Shown here in pieces: positions 32,855 through 45,484 of a stretch of 64,000 nt of DNA; position 1 is the stretch's first letter, and every line of letters starts with the position of its first letter. The notes under the pieces were generated by a model. That model saw only the letters and a program-made list of their open reading frames with translations. It was not told the DNA's origin and did not search any database. The DNA comes from Eledone cirrhosa. Its lineage: Eukaryota. Location: NCBI GenBank assembly GCA_964016885.1, contig OZ024759.1, positions 23,746,001 to 23,810,000 of the forward strand, given 5' to 3'. The position numbers and the translations under genes were made by a program.

Positions 32855-32940
32855 GTAGGTCCCGGGTTGAGTCGGGGATAACCACAGTAAGTAAGGTACT
32901 CAATACATGGCAGAGTAAAATTTTTTTATTTTATAGAAGG

Positions 32941-32991
32941 AGCTTCTACAGGACTAGTACTGTTTCATTCAGATGAAATCTTCAGGAAGCT
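32941..32991 (-). ncRNA. Type I hammerhead ribozyme with a complete canonical core
   Basis: Minus strand reads agcttc-CTGAAGA-tttcatctgaat-GAAAC-ag-tactagtc-ct-GTA-gaagct. Confidence 0.85.
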
Positions 32992-33037
32992 CCTGAAGAT
33001 TTCATCTGAATGAAACAGTACTAGTCCTGTAGAAGCT
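32988..33037 (+). ncRNA. Type I hammerhead ribozyme, mirror copy, sense to the host intron
   Basis: agctc-CTGAAGA(32993)...GAAAC(33012)...GTA(33029-31)-gaagct. Confidence 0.8.
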
Positions 33038-33585
33038 CCTTCTATAAAATAAAATATATATATATATATATATATATATTAGAGAGAGAGAGAGAGAGAG
33101 AGAGAGTGACAGGTGGAAAAGAAAACGAGTGCATTGGGGGCGTTGTCTGGTTTACAGTATGAGGCGAGGCCGGGGAGAGAGAGAGAAATAGTTCTGGTTT
33201 TCGTCAGGATCGGGATTTAACAATTCGGCGCTTATGATTTTATCAATTTGATCTGAAAATTTCAAAGACTGGTAAAACGACTTCAACTGATCTACAGGTT
33301 AAACCGAATCTAGACTTTTGTGGCACACACACACAGCCTCTCTCTCTGAATGTGCGGTCTAATTCAGTTTCTTCTACTCCGCTATAAACTTCTCTCTGTG
33401 TCTCTACCCCCTCTCTCTCTCTTCTTTGAATATCTAACGCTTTAATTGTATCTATCTCTGTCTAACGGCCTATCTCTCTCTCTCTGCTTCTCCCTCTGTG
33501 ACGCTCTCTCTTTCTCTCTATCTCTATCTAACGCTTTAATTGTATCTCTCTGTCTAACGACCTATATATATATATATATATATAT

Positions 33586-34177
33586 AATGCAATGAAATAT
33601 CTATGATCTTCGGCAAATCACTGATGAGGGACTTATTTTATTACATGTTACCCATGTGCTACCTGCAGTATTTTTCTCTATATTTTAATACATATATTTA
33701 CCACTGCGATTCTGTGTTTTTTCTCTCTCTCTTACTGTTCCCCCATTCTCTCTGTTTCTCCCCCTCTGTCTTGTCCGTTAACTCTTCCTCACACTTTCAC
33801 TCACTCACTGTTTTTCTCCCTCTTCTCTTCATTCCATCCTGCACTCACGAACGCTATTTTTTCTCTCTCTGCTCATAGCCCTCGTTCGTGTAGGTTCTAT
33901 TCTCTAAGCGCTCATATATTCACCTAGCTTACGCTAAACAGAATAATTTTTGAAGCTTGTTTCTCCCTTACGGTATGCTATATTTTCTGTTGTTCTCCTG
34001 TCTCACTCGCTTTACGTGTTTTAATTGTCCTAATAACTTATTTTGGTTATTATTGCACCGAAGTGAGATATATGATTTTTAATGCAATGAAATATCTATG
34101 ATCTTTGGCAAATCACTGATGAGGGACTTATTTTATTACATGTTACCCATGTGCTACCTGCAGTATTTTTCTCTATA

Positions 34178-34185
<8 letters not shown>
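33586..34185 (+). mobile_element. Non-coding partial-tandem element (495-bp period, 105-bp direct repeats) in (TA)n
   Basis: 33586-33690 equals 34081-34185 with one mismatch; TA runs on both sides; the repeats carry GAAA..TA..CTGATGA. Confidence 0.7.
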
Positions 34186-34218
<33 letters not shown>

Positions 34219-34220
34219 GT

Positions 34221-34844
34221 TAGGTTAAGTTTAACGTCCTCGAAAATGAAACTAGGTTTTCTGACAAGTGAATGTGTTGGTTTTTTTTTTACAATGAAAT
34301 TTACGTGTCGTGTGATTATTTTCTCTTATATATATATGTGTGGGTGTGTATATGTGTGTATATATATGTGTGTCTGTATGTATATATATATGTGTGTTTG
34401 TATATATATATGTGTTTGTGTCATCATCATCGTTTACATGTTTTTACCCAAATCCCTTATCATTCTCTGTCCTTCTTATGACCCGGCCTTAATTTGTTTA
34501 TAGTTGGTGCCAACTTTGGCAAGATATTACAAAAACATCTAAACGATGATGATGACACAAACACATATATATATATATACAAACACACATATATATATAC
34601 ATACAGACACACATATATATATACATACAGACACACATATATATACACACATATACACACCCACACATATATATATAAGAGAAAATAATCACACACGCAA
34701 TACTAATTAACACCATATCACTATAGAGACCTGTTGTAAATAAACAAAGAGTGTATCGTAAATTTCATTGTAAAAAAAAAAAAAAAAACACATTCACTTG
34801 TCAGAAAACCTAGTTTCATTTTCGAGGACGTTAAACTTAACCTA
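34221..34844. mobile_element. Fold-back/MITE with ~215-bp inverted arms
   Basis: taggttaagtttaacgtcctcgaaaatg...cattttcgaggacgttaaacttaaccta; the right arm has a ~50-bp extra segment. Confidence 0.8.
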
Positions 34845-35200
34845 TGCCTATATATATATATCTGCCTCTCCCTCTGTGTCTCTCTCCCTTTAGATATATG
34901 TGCGTTTGTGTGTGTAGTTTTCGTGTGATTAAAACAACCAATAAACTTTTCTCTTTTATATTATATATATATATATACACACACACATATTCATATATAT
35001 ATAAGCGAAGAGATATTTATATATATATATATATATATATAATTAGACATAGTCACAGATACATATATGAGTTTGGCAACCTTTTTTCTTCATAAGTACA
35101 TTTTAAACTTATAGCCTCGTTTAAATTATTTTTTATGTGGTTAATTTATACTGATTGGGAGAGGAAATACTGTGTATATTTTATCTAATGGTTCTTTGGA

Positions 35201-35244
<44 letters not shown>

Positions 35245-35696
35245 CACTTACATATACACACATATACATTCATGTAACAACAGAAATCCAGTCTAGGTAT
35301 AAATTTTTTTGACAACAGTAAAAGCGCATCAGCTGGTTGTGAAATATACAAAATGATATTGTTAGTCTCAAGGAAGCGTACCTTTTGTTTCAAGTACAAA
35401 GAGTAAATTAAAATCCGAATGAGTCGAATTACGAAAGATAACTCTTGTCTTACAGAAAGATAACTCCTGTCTTACTTAATCACGAAAATTGACACAAATA
35501 ACCGAAACTTTTTAATCTCTCCAAAGGCCCCAATATCGATTTTTGAAAGCCTTTGTAGATTATGTACAGGTTTTGTGCAAGGAGAAGCTCTGTAAAAAAT
35601 TTCAAAGAAATCGCATGAATGGTTTAGAATGTATGAGCCCTTATTAAAAATTGTCCACACACACATACACAAAACCTCATCTTTATATATATATAC

Positions 35697-35759
<63 letters not shown>

Positions 35760-35945
35760 AGCGTGGAAGATGAACGTTAAACGATGATGATGATGATGAT
35801 GATGATATATTCTATATGCATACTCCCACACAATTGTAGTTTGTGAATTTTAGTTCTTTCTCTTTCTTTTTTTTCCTTTTAATCACCATATTATTTCATA
35901 TCTAAAATTCAATTGTGGTTTCTTTTCGTTTTATGAATTTCTTAG

Positions 35946-36077
35946 GATTTGGGTCCGAATCGGTACCGAGGACCAACGTATGCCAGTGAGGCCTTAGCAG
36001 GTTTATATGAGGAAAAACTGAGACCATCTATAACAATCCTCGATGTAGCTGCTGGTAGTGGCTTTCTTGGAGAAAAG
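35946..36077 (+). CDS. METTL27: METTL27-like coding exon 2
   Basis: cttAG|DLGPNRYRGPTYASEALAGLYEEKLRPSITILDVAAGSGFLGEK|GTAAC; contains SAM-binding motif I (ILDVAAGSG). Confidence 0.9.
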
Positions 36078-36336
36078 GTAACATAGATTTTATCCTTCTG
36101 CTATTCGTATCATGTGGTAAGGGGGTTGGAATTTCAATGATTATGTTGTAGATTCGATTCCTGGATTGGGTTGTGTATTGTGTTCTTGAGTAAAATACTT
36201 CATTTCAAGTTGCTCCAGTATACTCAGCTGAAAATGAGTATCAGTAATAGCTGGAGTTTTAACCCTGTGGTTGACTGCCTGAAGAAACTTAGGATGTTGA
36301 AATGAAGGGGAAACTCCAAGGATGAATAGCATAGCT

Positions 36337-36508
36337 ACCGTATTTCCCGGCGTTGAAGACGCTACTTTTTTCCTAAAATAAGTCTAAAAAATCTACCATG
36401 CGTCCTGGAGGCCGAAGATTGTTTATTATTTTTTTTCTAAACTTTTGGTTGCCAAAATTAGGATGGGTCCTCGAAGATGAAACGTCTTCGGCGGTGGGAA
36501 ATACGGTA
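36337..36508. mobile_element. Tc1/pogo-type MITE (second copy 56576-56751)
   Basis: TA|ccgtatttccc...gggaaatacgg|TA terminal inverted repeats. Confidence 0.7.
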
Positions 36509-38363
36509 ACCTCAGCGGAATTTGAACTCAGAATGTAAAGAGCCATAACTATATGCCACAAAGCACGTGGTCTGACGCTCCACTGATACAACAAATCCAC
36601 TTCCCTTACTGTGTTAATAATAATTTCTGATTCAGTCACAAGGCCAACAATTTGAAGGGAAGGGGAAAGTTGACTAAATCGACCCAGTGCGTTACTGGTA
36701 CTTTATTTCATCGACCCCGTAAGGATGAAAGACAAAGCTACCCTCTGTGAGATTTGAACTCAGAACGTAAAGAGCCGTAACTCTGTGCGACGTTTTACTA
36801 CCGATACTACAAACCCATTTCCCTTACTGTGTTTATAACAATATTTCAAACAATTAGTACGTAGTTATTGTTCTTTGTTTTGTGGTCATTGTCATTCTCT
36901 TGTCATACCATTGAAATCTAAATTGCTTCTTATGTATATTTTCATGTATAAAACAATAAGTATACTCGTGTCTCTTGCTGGCCACTCTTATTTCTTTGTT
37001 TGGGAGGTTGGGTGGGAGTAAGAAGTAGGGAGGTGGAGAGAGAGCATTACTTTTGTTCTTATAACATTCTTTTGAAGAGATGAAATAAAATGAATTTACC
37101 AAAAAAGAGGCGGAGAGAGAGAGAGCAGCGTAAAGAAGAGAGAGAAACATGCCACCTGATCTCATGTCTGGGAATGTATACTGGGAATGTATACTGGGAA
37201 TGTATACAGCGCTGTCGAACTCGATACGCATGTATGTGTTGTCTCGTAACGTTTGAGAGAATCGTAGAGGCGCCGTATTGACTTTCAGCGTTTCTTGGGC
37301 ATTTTAGGCCTGACAGAGCCCATCCCTCTCCAGGCCCGAGTACAGCAGATTTATTTCGGAGAAAGATAGAAAGTGTGAGAGTGGAAATGAGAAAGAGATA
37401 TAGAGGGAAAATCCACCCCCAGTACTAGATTGGTACTTTTTTTTATCGACCTCGAAAGGATGAAAGACAAAGTTGACCTCAGCGGGATTTGAACTCCGAG
37501 AGCAGAGAGTCGGAACGAATGCCATAAAATACTCTAACGACTCTGCCAATTCGCCGCCTGTCGAATTTGGTACGTTCATACAAATTTGGTGCTCTTTGCC
37601 CTTAATTTGACTTTTCTGTACTTTTGGTACCACGTCCGGATTTTTTGGTACGTTTTAGAGATTGTACTTGCTTTGCAAATGTGACTTAATCTATCTATAT
37701 ACTACTAAAACTCTGTGATTGTATGCTTGTCTGTAATTTAATACAACCAACACGGCGCATAATGGGAAAATACTTTGAAAGGAAGTTGCCTCTGAAATGG
37801 GATACAAATGGAATAAAACAAGTTTCGCGTAAATCGGAGCACGGGTTCCAGAGATACGGGGTTCTTTTGGGTACCTTCATAAATAGCCAACAGCTCCGTG
37901 ATAACCAATCAGGTCGCTATCGCACTAACCGCTGTGTTTCATTTCCGAAAAGCCTTAGTGCAGTCGAGTTAAAGACAGACAGGAAGAGATCTCGCTTAGG
38001 TAACAACTAGATTACCCTTGACCCGTCAGGTCACAGGTGGTTAAGTTGCTATCATAAAATCACCATTTAATGACTTACCATTCATCAGCTATAACGACTT
38101 TTCTTTTTTAACATTTATGGGGTTTCATATTGATGTATTAGGTCGTCAAGTATGAAATTTGTAGAATTTTTTTTTTCTACAAATTTCATACTTGACGACC
38201 CAATAATTGGATTTGGTACTATTTAAACAAAGTTTTTGGTACTATTGAGAAAAATGTTTCGGCAACCCTGCTGATGAGTGTTAACAGGGACTGAGCCAGA
38301 CTTGTATCCAGGACTTTTGAGGAAATCTGGCGACTATTTCCAGCATGTCGAGTGACCACGTAG

Positions 38364-38683
38364 TACGAGGGTCGACTAAAAAATTCATAGGCTAACTATG
38401 AAGGATTGATGTTAGAGCTGTGAAATCTTGCATGCATTAATTTCTATTAATTTCCATTGACTATGTTGAAAAATAAACTTCATTTGCTCATTCCATGAGA
38501 GTATCTTGGTCAGCCTATGCATTTTTCAGCTGACCCTCGTAGGTACAACCTCATTTGCTCATTCCATGAGAGTATCTTGGTCAGCCTATGCATTTTTCAG
38601 CTGACCCTCGTAGGTACAACCTCATTTGCTCATTCCATGAGAGTATCTTGGTCAGCCTATGCATTTTTCAGCCGACCCTCGTA
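38364..38683. mobile_element. Mariner-type MITE with triplicated right end (related copies 38720-38873, 51160-51369)
   Basis: TAcgagggtc..cataggct / agcctatg..gaccctcgTA; a 71-bp unit is repeated three times. Confidence 0.78.
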
Positions 38684-38904
38684 GGTACAGGTATGGCTGT
38701 GTGGTTAAGGAGTTTGCATTATGAAGGTGGGTTGAAAAGTTCATAAGTTGACGATGAAGGAGTGATTGCTAGAGCTGTGAAATCTTGCGGGAATTAATTT
38801 CAACCTTTCTTATTAACAGCTCTATTATCACTCATTCATAGTCAATCTTTGAACTTTTCAACCTCCTCTCGTATATTTAAGTAAATCATACAAATTTGTA
38901 TAAA

Positions 38905-39375
38905 ACTATGTTATAAAGTATTTGAAGGCTAAGATCTTTGTTCCTTACATCCTACCAGTTGTGTTATATGGTCTTGACTGTGTTAATTGGACGACAACGT
39001 CACTTCAGAAGCTCTCTACATTCTAGAACCACATCATGAGACTTATGACAGTCAAGCGGCTCAGCGATCGTATCTGTATCAGTGAGCTACTCAACATTAC
39101 TAAACTTAGACCAATTAATTCAATTGTCAAGTCAAGAGTACTCAAACTATACGGCCATATAAAAAGATCAACTCGTGGTGTGAGTATATTATGCCAGGAA
39201 GGAAGGTTGGCTGGTAAGAGAAGCAAAGGCCGGCAGCCAAAACGATGGTTTGATAATGTCAACTTATGGAATGGACTTGATCTTTGCTCTTTGAACTCTG
39301 CTGTTGGTGATCGAACTTTGTGGAGAGAGATATCACATGTTAATGGTCAGTCTGCAACTGGCGGTGTTTAGCGTC
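38905..39375 (+). mobile_element. Old RTE-like LINE 3' fragment
   Basis: ILPVVLYG..KSRVLKLYGHIKR..GKRSKGRQPKRWFD..DRTLWR. Confidence 0.7.
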
Positions 39376-39564
39376 AGAAAGAAGATATTATAAAGAGGTT
39401 TAGTAATGTACTTCTCTGAGCTCTATGTCCAAGGTGACTGCCTAGTTACTTTAATGATAGCACCAGCCCTACATGTAGCAGACTACCATATTTTAGGGAG
39501 GTCTAGCTGTTCTTTTTAGCAAACTGTGTGATCACGTAGAAGGTCTTTTGTTGGTTAGATGGCA

Positions 39565-39800
39565 TCATTACTGTCAGAGTTAGTAATTGGTTATTTAGAG
39601 ACCTAGACTAGCTCTACAATGAGTGCTCTGCCTGAGAGGTCAGTAGTTCTGATTAAGTTCTGACAATGGCCTGTGATGACCCATTGTTGTCAGAGTTGGT
39701 AATTGGTTATTTAGAGACCTAGACTAGCTCTACAATGAGTTCCCTGCCTGAGAGGTCAGTAGTTCTGATTAAGTTCTGACAATTGTCTGTGATGAGCCAT
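39565..39800. repeat. Tandem duplication, ~118 bp x2
   Basis: tgtcagagtt.gtaattggttatttagagacctagac... occurs twice. Confidence 0.8.
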
Positions 39801-40056
39801 TCAACCCTTGCCAGCAGGGAAAATAGATGTCAAATGATGAGGACTGTAACTAGTTACAGAATAATCTATATATAAATTTGAACGACTTCCGTCCATCCGT
39901 CCGTCACACAATGTGTGTGTATGTGTTTATGTAAATGTACGTGTGTGTAAAAGGAAGGAAGTTGATGGTGAAAAAACTATAGCAAAACGGCGGTTGGCGT
40001 TCCATTAGTTACGCTGTGTGTGAATGTATGTGTGTGTGTGTGTGTGTTTGTGTAAA

Positions 40057-40088
<32 letters not shown>

Positions 40089-40331
40089 TATGTATGTGAG
40101 TGTGTCTGTGTTTGCGCGTTTATATTTATATACCCATACATATAAATGTATGCATATGCACACACACACACACACACGCGGACACATATACACATATGCA
40201 CACACACACACACACACGCATATACATATATACACATACACGCCAGCATGTTGAAAAGAATCCTAGTAAAATAAAAATATATATATATATATATTTTCAT
40301 CGTCCTTATCTTTTCTTACCTCTTTTCAAAG

Positions 40332-40464
40332 TTGGCAGAATATAATTTCAAGAACATAGATGCACTCGACCCATCAGATGCAATGTTAGAAAAGGCTAAA
40401 GCAAAGGGGGTTTATACGAACTTCTACTGCAAATATTTTGATAAAGACACCGATATTCCAAATG
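40332..40464 (+). CDS. METTL27: METTL27-like coding exon 3
   Basis: aAG|LAEYNFKNIDALDPSDAMLEKAKAKGVYTNFYCKYFDKDTDIPN-g|GTAAG (phase 1). Confidence 0.9.
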
Positions 40465-40622
40465 GTAAGGCAGCTTTTATTGTCAGCTAGTTGTCAACCG
40501 GTTTCCCGTGACACGCGTATTGACAAACTTACAGTTAAAATTCTCGTTTTCAATCAAAACTAGATAGTTCCTTTGGTGAGAACACTACATATCTATCTTT
40601 CACACACACCCACACACACACA

Positions 40623-40680
<58 letters not shown>

Positions 40681-40830
40681 GTATTCCTCTCTCAATAACT
40701 ATAAAAACAACAGCAACCTGTCATTATAGTGCAACCCTTGTTGACTATATGTTGAATGACATACAGAAACAGACAGATACAGAGAGAAAGAGGGAGAAAG
40801 AGAAATACACACAACCCACCAAATAACTAT

Positions 40831-40862
<32 letters not shown>

Positions 40863-41219
40863 AAATTATCATTTAAAACATCACAATCTAGAAGAGTGGG
40901 AATAACATTTATTGCATAACACGTGTTTCATCGTATGTATTACACACGTGATGGACAGGTCTTGTTTTATAATATAATTTTTTTTATCAAACGAGAGTGT
41001 TACCATGAAGGTGCGTGACTTAGCAGTTAGAATATTTGACTCCCGATCGTAATGTTGTGAGTTCTTACATATGAATGTGTGTACACACACACACACACAC
41101 ACATACCGTATCTTGCAACCTAACGATTCCGAATCCAATTCTCTAACCACTAAGCCGTGTGCATTCACAACCTAACCATTGTCCTACTTGCTTTGTTTTC
41201 TTTCTTTCTTCCTCCACAG

Positions 41220-41312
41220 GCTCATACGATGTCTTGATCATTTCCGGTGGTATGGGAGAGGGGCATATACCATCAAATGCAGTGCCCAAAATGGCAGATA
41301 TTGTGAAAGAAG
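41220..41312 (+). CDS. METTL27: METTL27-like coding exon 4
   Basis: Pyrimidine tract, cAG|(G)SYDVLIISGGMGEGHIPSNAVPKMADIVKE-g|GTAAC. Confidence 0.9.
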
Positions 41313-41623
41313 GTAACAGTAAAAATGTTTTATTATATTATTTTTACTTCAGCGGATTGGCAGTATCGGTAGAGCCTCAGACACCATGCTTTGCAGCATA
41401 GAGTTATGACCATTTACGTTCTGAGTTCAAATCCCACCGACGTTAACTTTGATGCACTGGGGGTAATTGCAGGACTTGTGCCAAAAGTAGAAACAATTAT
41501 TTTTATTTTACTTCACTATTAATTCACAAATAATCTGTAGAAAACGTGCCAGACAAAAATGTTGGGAGGATCTTTCAGTCGTGTCAATGGTATGACAACC
41601 TCCTTAGTGTTAATAATCTACAG

Positions 41624-42381
41624 CACAGGTTCTCAACCCATTTAGGCCAAACGCCCCCTTTTGTCCCTCGAAATCACGAAACGCCCCCCCCCCCTCTATT
41701 TTTCCATTTTTCAATATACTACTGATTTTTATATCAGTAGATTACTAAAAAATTGATTAACAATATTCTAAAGATGTGTGTATTATCTGATTATGTGTTG
41801 TGTGGGGTCCTAGATGTGTGTATTACCTGATTATGTGTTGTATGTGGTCCTAGATGTGTGTTTTTTCTTTTCTTTTTTTTTATTTGTAATATTATTTATA
41901 CAATAGGGAATAAAATAGATCTACATAGTGTTAACTCGTTGCGGTTGAGTTAATAATTTGTTATCAGTGAAGGAGAGATAAGATTCTAACTGGCTGCGCT
42001 CAAAGTGTCTTTGACCCAGTTGACTGTGGGTTTTTTCCATTCTTAGGATCTCAATTACCGGACATGCCCGCAAACCTGCTCACAGGTACGGTCAGACTAT
42101 AGTTATGCTGTCTGCAAGCTCATTGAAATGCATTCACACTGGCTGTCTCAAAGACAAACAAATATGGCTTATAAAACTTACCAAAATAAAGACCCTTCCA
42201 GCGCCCTAACGCGGCCTTGCTCCCAAACGCCCCTCCCCCTGGAGTTCCGAAACGCCCCCCCGGGGGTGCATATGCCCCCCGTTGAGAACCTTTGATCTAC
42301 AGCTCAGGTCTCAACCCATTTAGGCCAAACGCCCCCTTTTGTCCCTCGATTGTACGAAACGCCCCCCGTCGAGAACCTTTG
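41624..42381. mobile_element. Two tandem hAT-type MITEs (41624-42294 and 42303-42381)
   Basis: TIRs cacaggttctcaac / gttgagaacctttg; 8-bp TSD atctacag at 41616, 42295 and 42382. Confidence 0.85.
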
Positions 42382-44165
42382 ATCTACAGCTTTAATTATG
42401 AGAGAATTTTAATTGAATGTATCACGGATTAACAGTGATATAGCTGCATGGTTTAACTCAATCCCATTACTGCACTAGGACATGGTGAACACAACCACAA
42501 GAATATGGTCCGAACGTGGAAGAGCCGAACTCCCACTGTCATCGCTTCCATCTCTCTCACCCTCCCCATCTCTCCCTATGGTGAGCAAATGGGGTTCTAC
42601 GTGCTGGCCTCCTCACAGCCCCGGTGGACAAAATGGAGAAGGCGTTTCTCCGGAGGATGGTAAGGGAGATGCGCTGGAAGAGTCATTCCAACTCGCGAGG
42701 CTCACACCTGCGGCTGGCCAGCTCAGCGCCTATGGTGGTGAACTGTATAAACGCATCCAGTACATATTGTAAAGTGGTTGCTGTTAGAAAGTGACATAAT
42801 GCAGACACAGCCAGACATACAGACAGATATTATAAGGGCGCGACGTTATAAGTATGTATCTATCTAAAAAGAGAAAGACTAAGAATTATGGAGAGAGTTC
42901 GCTAAATCACCTAATGCGGTCCCTAGGGCATTGAAAATTTGAAATTTTTTTCCCTCAGAACACTCCCTGAAACATAAGTATTACATGTGTAAAGTTTGAA
43001 AACAGTCGGTTGGGTGCTTCTCTAGTTTTAGGGATTCAAACTAACAAACACACAGACAGACATCCTCAGTTTTATATATATAGAGATTGTGTTTGTTTGT
43101 GTACACATACGTGTGCGTGTATGCCTATTTTGTGTGCGCACGTGTGTGTGTACATATTCATGTGCATGTATGTATATTTCGTGCGTGTGTGCATGTGTAG
43201 ATATTGTGGAGGTACAAGGGGAATAACCCATGACAAATATATGTCTGGTTTTATTAGTGGAGATTAATTAAACATGAGAAAATGTATTATAGTGTTCCCA
43301 TTAGAGTGGGATAATGGATGTTTTTCGTTAAAATCTTTGCTGATAATTCCCATTAAGTGATAAATTAGGGGCATTCCGTATCGGTAGAGCGTCAGGCACC
43401 ATGCTTTGCAGCATAGAGTTATTTCCCTTTACGTTCTGAGTTCAAATCCCACCATAAAGCAGGTACTATGCGAGTTGTTTTGAGACAATCACAAAGCACT
43501 CAATGGGTCGATAAGCTAACCATTGGCGTCCACAGTAAAACACAACAGTTATAAAGTGTGACACCAAGAAAAACGACCGAATGCAGTTGCCATACTTATA
43601 TACCACAACAAATACAAAAAGACACATTTGTATTCATTATCTTGTGTATTAAAAGGGTAGTGGATTGGCAGTATCGGTAGAGGGTCGGACGCCATGCTTT
43701 CCAGCATAGTTACGTCCCTTTACGATCTGAGTTCAAATCCCGCCGAGGTTGACTTTGCCTTTCATCCTTACGGGGTCGATAAAATAAAGTACCAGTAATG
43801 CACTGGGTAATTGCTGGCCTTGTGCCAAAAATAGAAACAATTATTATTTATCCTAATTGGATTGGCAGTGTCGGTAGAACACAACACATACCCTAGTCTA
43901 GGAATCGAACCCACGATATTATGATCGTAAGTCCAAAACCTTTACTACTAGGACTCACACCTCCAGTATTGTGTCATTGGTTAGTGGCCAACTGTAGTCA
44001 TTTTAACTTGCAGAAATTACTTGAAATGGCTGTGGCCATAAGACGAAGGATTTCCATATTATTTTCAGATGCTAACCGAGTGAATGAATGATGTTAGGTT
44101 ACTGGAGGCATATTTCAACATTGTATGCGTCCAAGTGGCTCATGCAGTAAAATCTCACAAAAATC

Positions 44166-45094
44166 GGAATAAAACCACTGTAAGTAAATTGGAATAAAAC
44201 CACTAAGTAAATTGGAATAAAACCACTGTAAGTAAATTGGAATAAAACTACTGTAAGTAAATTGGAATAAAACCACTAAGTAAATTGGAATAAAACCACT
44301 GTAAGTAAATTGGAATAAAACCACTGTAAGTAAATTGGAATAAAACCACTGTAAGTAAATTGGAATAAAACCACTGTAAGTAAATTGGAATAAAACCACT
44401 AAGTAAATTGGAATAAAACCACTGTAAGTAAATTGGAATAAAACCACTGTAAGTAAATTGGAATAAAACCACTGTAAGTAAATTGGAATAAAACCAATGT
44501 AAGTAAATTGGAATAAAACCACTGTAAGTAAATTGGAATAAAACCAATGTAAGTAAATTGGAATAAAACCACTGTAAGTAAATTGGAATAAAACCACTGT
44601 AAGTAAATTGGAATAAAACCACTGTAAGTAAATTGGAATAAAACTACTGTAAGTAAATTGGAATAAAACCACTGTAAGTAAATTGGAATAAAACCACTGT
44701 AAGTAAATTGGAATAAAACCACTGTAAGTAAATTGGAATAAAACCACTAAGTAAATTGGAATAAAACCACTAAGTAAATTGGAATAAAACCACTAAGTAA
44801 ATTGGAATAAAACTACTGTAAGTAAATTGGAATAAAACTACTGTAAGTAAATTGGAATAAAACCACTGTAAGTAAATTGGAATAAAACCACTAAGTAAAT
44901 TGGAATAAAACCACTGTAAGTAAATTGGAATAAAACCACTGTAAGTAAATTGGAATAAAACCACTGTAAGTAAATTGGAATAAAACCACTAAGTAAATTG
45001 GAATAAAACCAATGTAAGTAAATTGGAATAAAACCAATGTAAGTAAATTGGAATAAAACCACTAAGTAAATTGGAATAAAACCACTGTAAGTAA
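44166..45094. repeat. 25-bp minisatellite (ggaataaaaccactgtaagtaaatt), ~37 copies with 23-bp variants
   Basis: Direct reading; lies in intron 4. Confidence 0.97.
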
Positions 45095-45484
45095 ATAATG
45101 CATTTGGAATACAAAGCCAACAAGAAACTAAGGAATAATCAGACAAGACCGTCAGACACCAAACTTGTAAAAATTACAATTATTAAAGCCAAGCCAATCA
45201 TGAACTAAATGTTTCGGTGATAACAATTGTGCAATAGCTATGACCTCATCAGACAGCTAGAATTTGAACAGAAAAAACAGAAAAACATAATGATGGAATA
45301 AAGTTTACTTCTGTTATTTCGATTTTTGTATATGGTCAGTGCTGAAGTTTGGTGTTGTTTTCTCAAAGCACGGGTCGCGTATGTATAGAGATGTCAACAT
45401 GAATGGACCTGTTATTTTTATCTAAAGACATTTTTTCCAATTCCAAACTGCCCGTACCCTCAATCTATCTGATTTCTAATTTTT

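Noticed and set aside
44115-45146. Repetitive ORFs and CRISPR-like periodicity
   Set aside because: Head-to-tail minisatellite with no unique spacers and no cas genes; eukaryotic context.
45203-45258. Minus-strand hammerhead core (CTGATGA-ggt...acc-GAAAC)
   Set aside because: Stem II is good but the 3' strand of stem I is missing; relic only.
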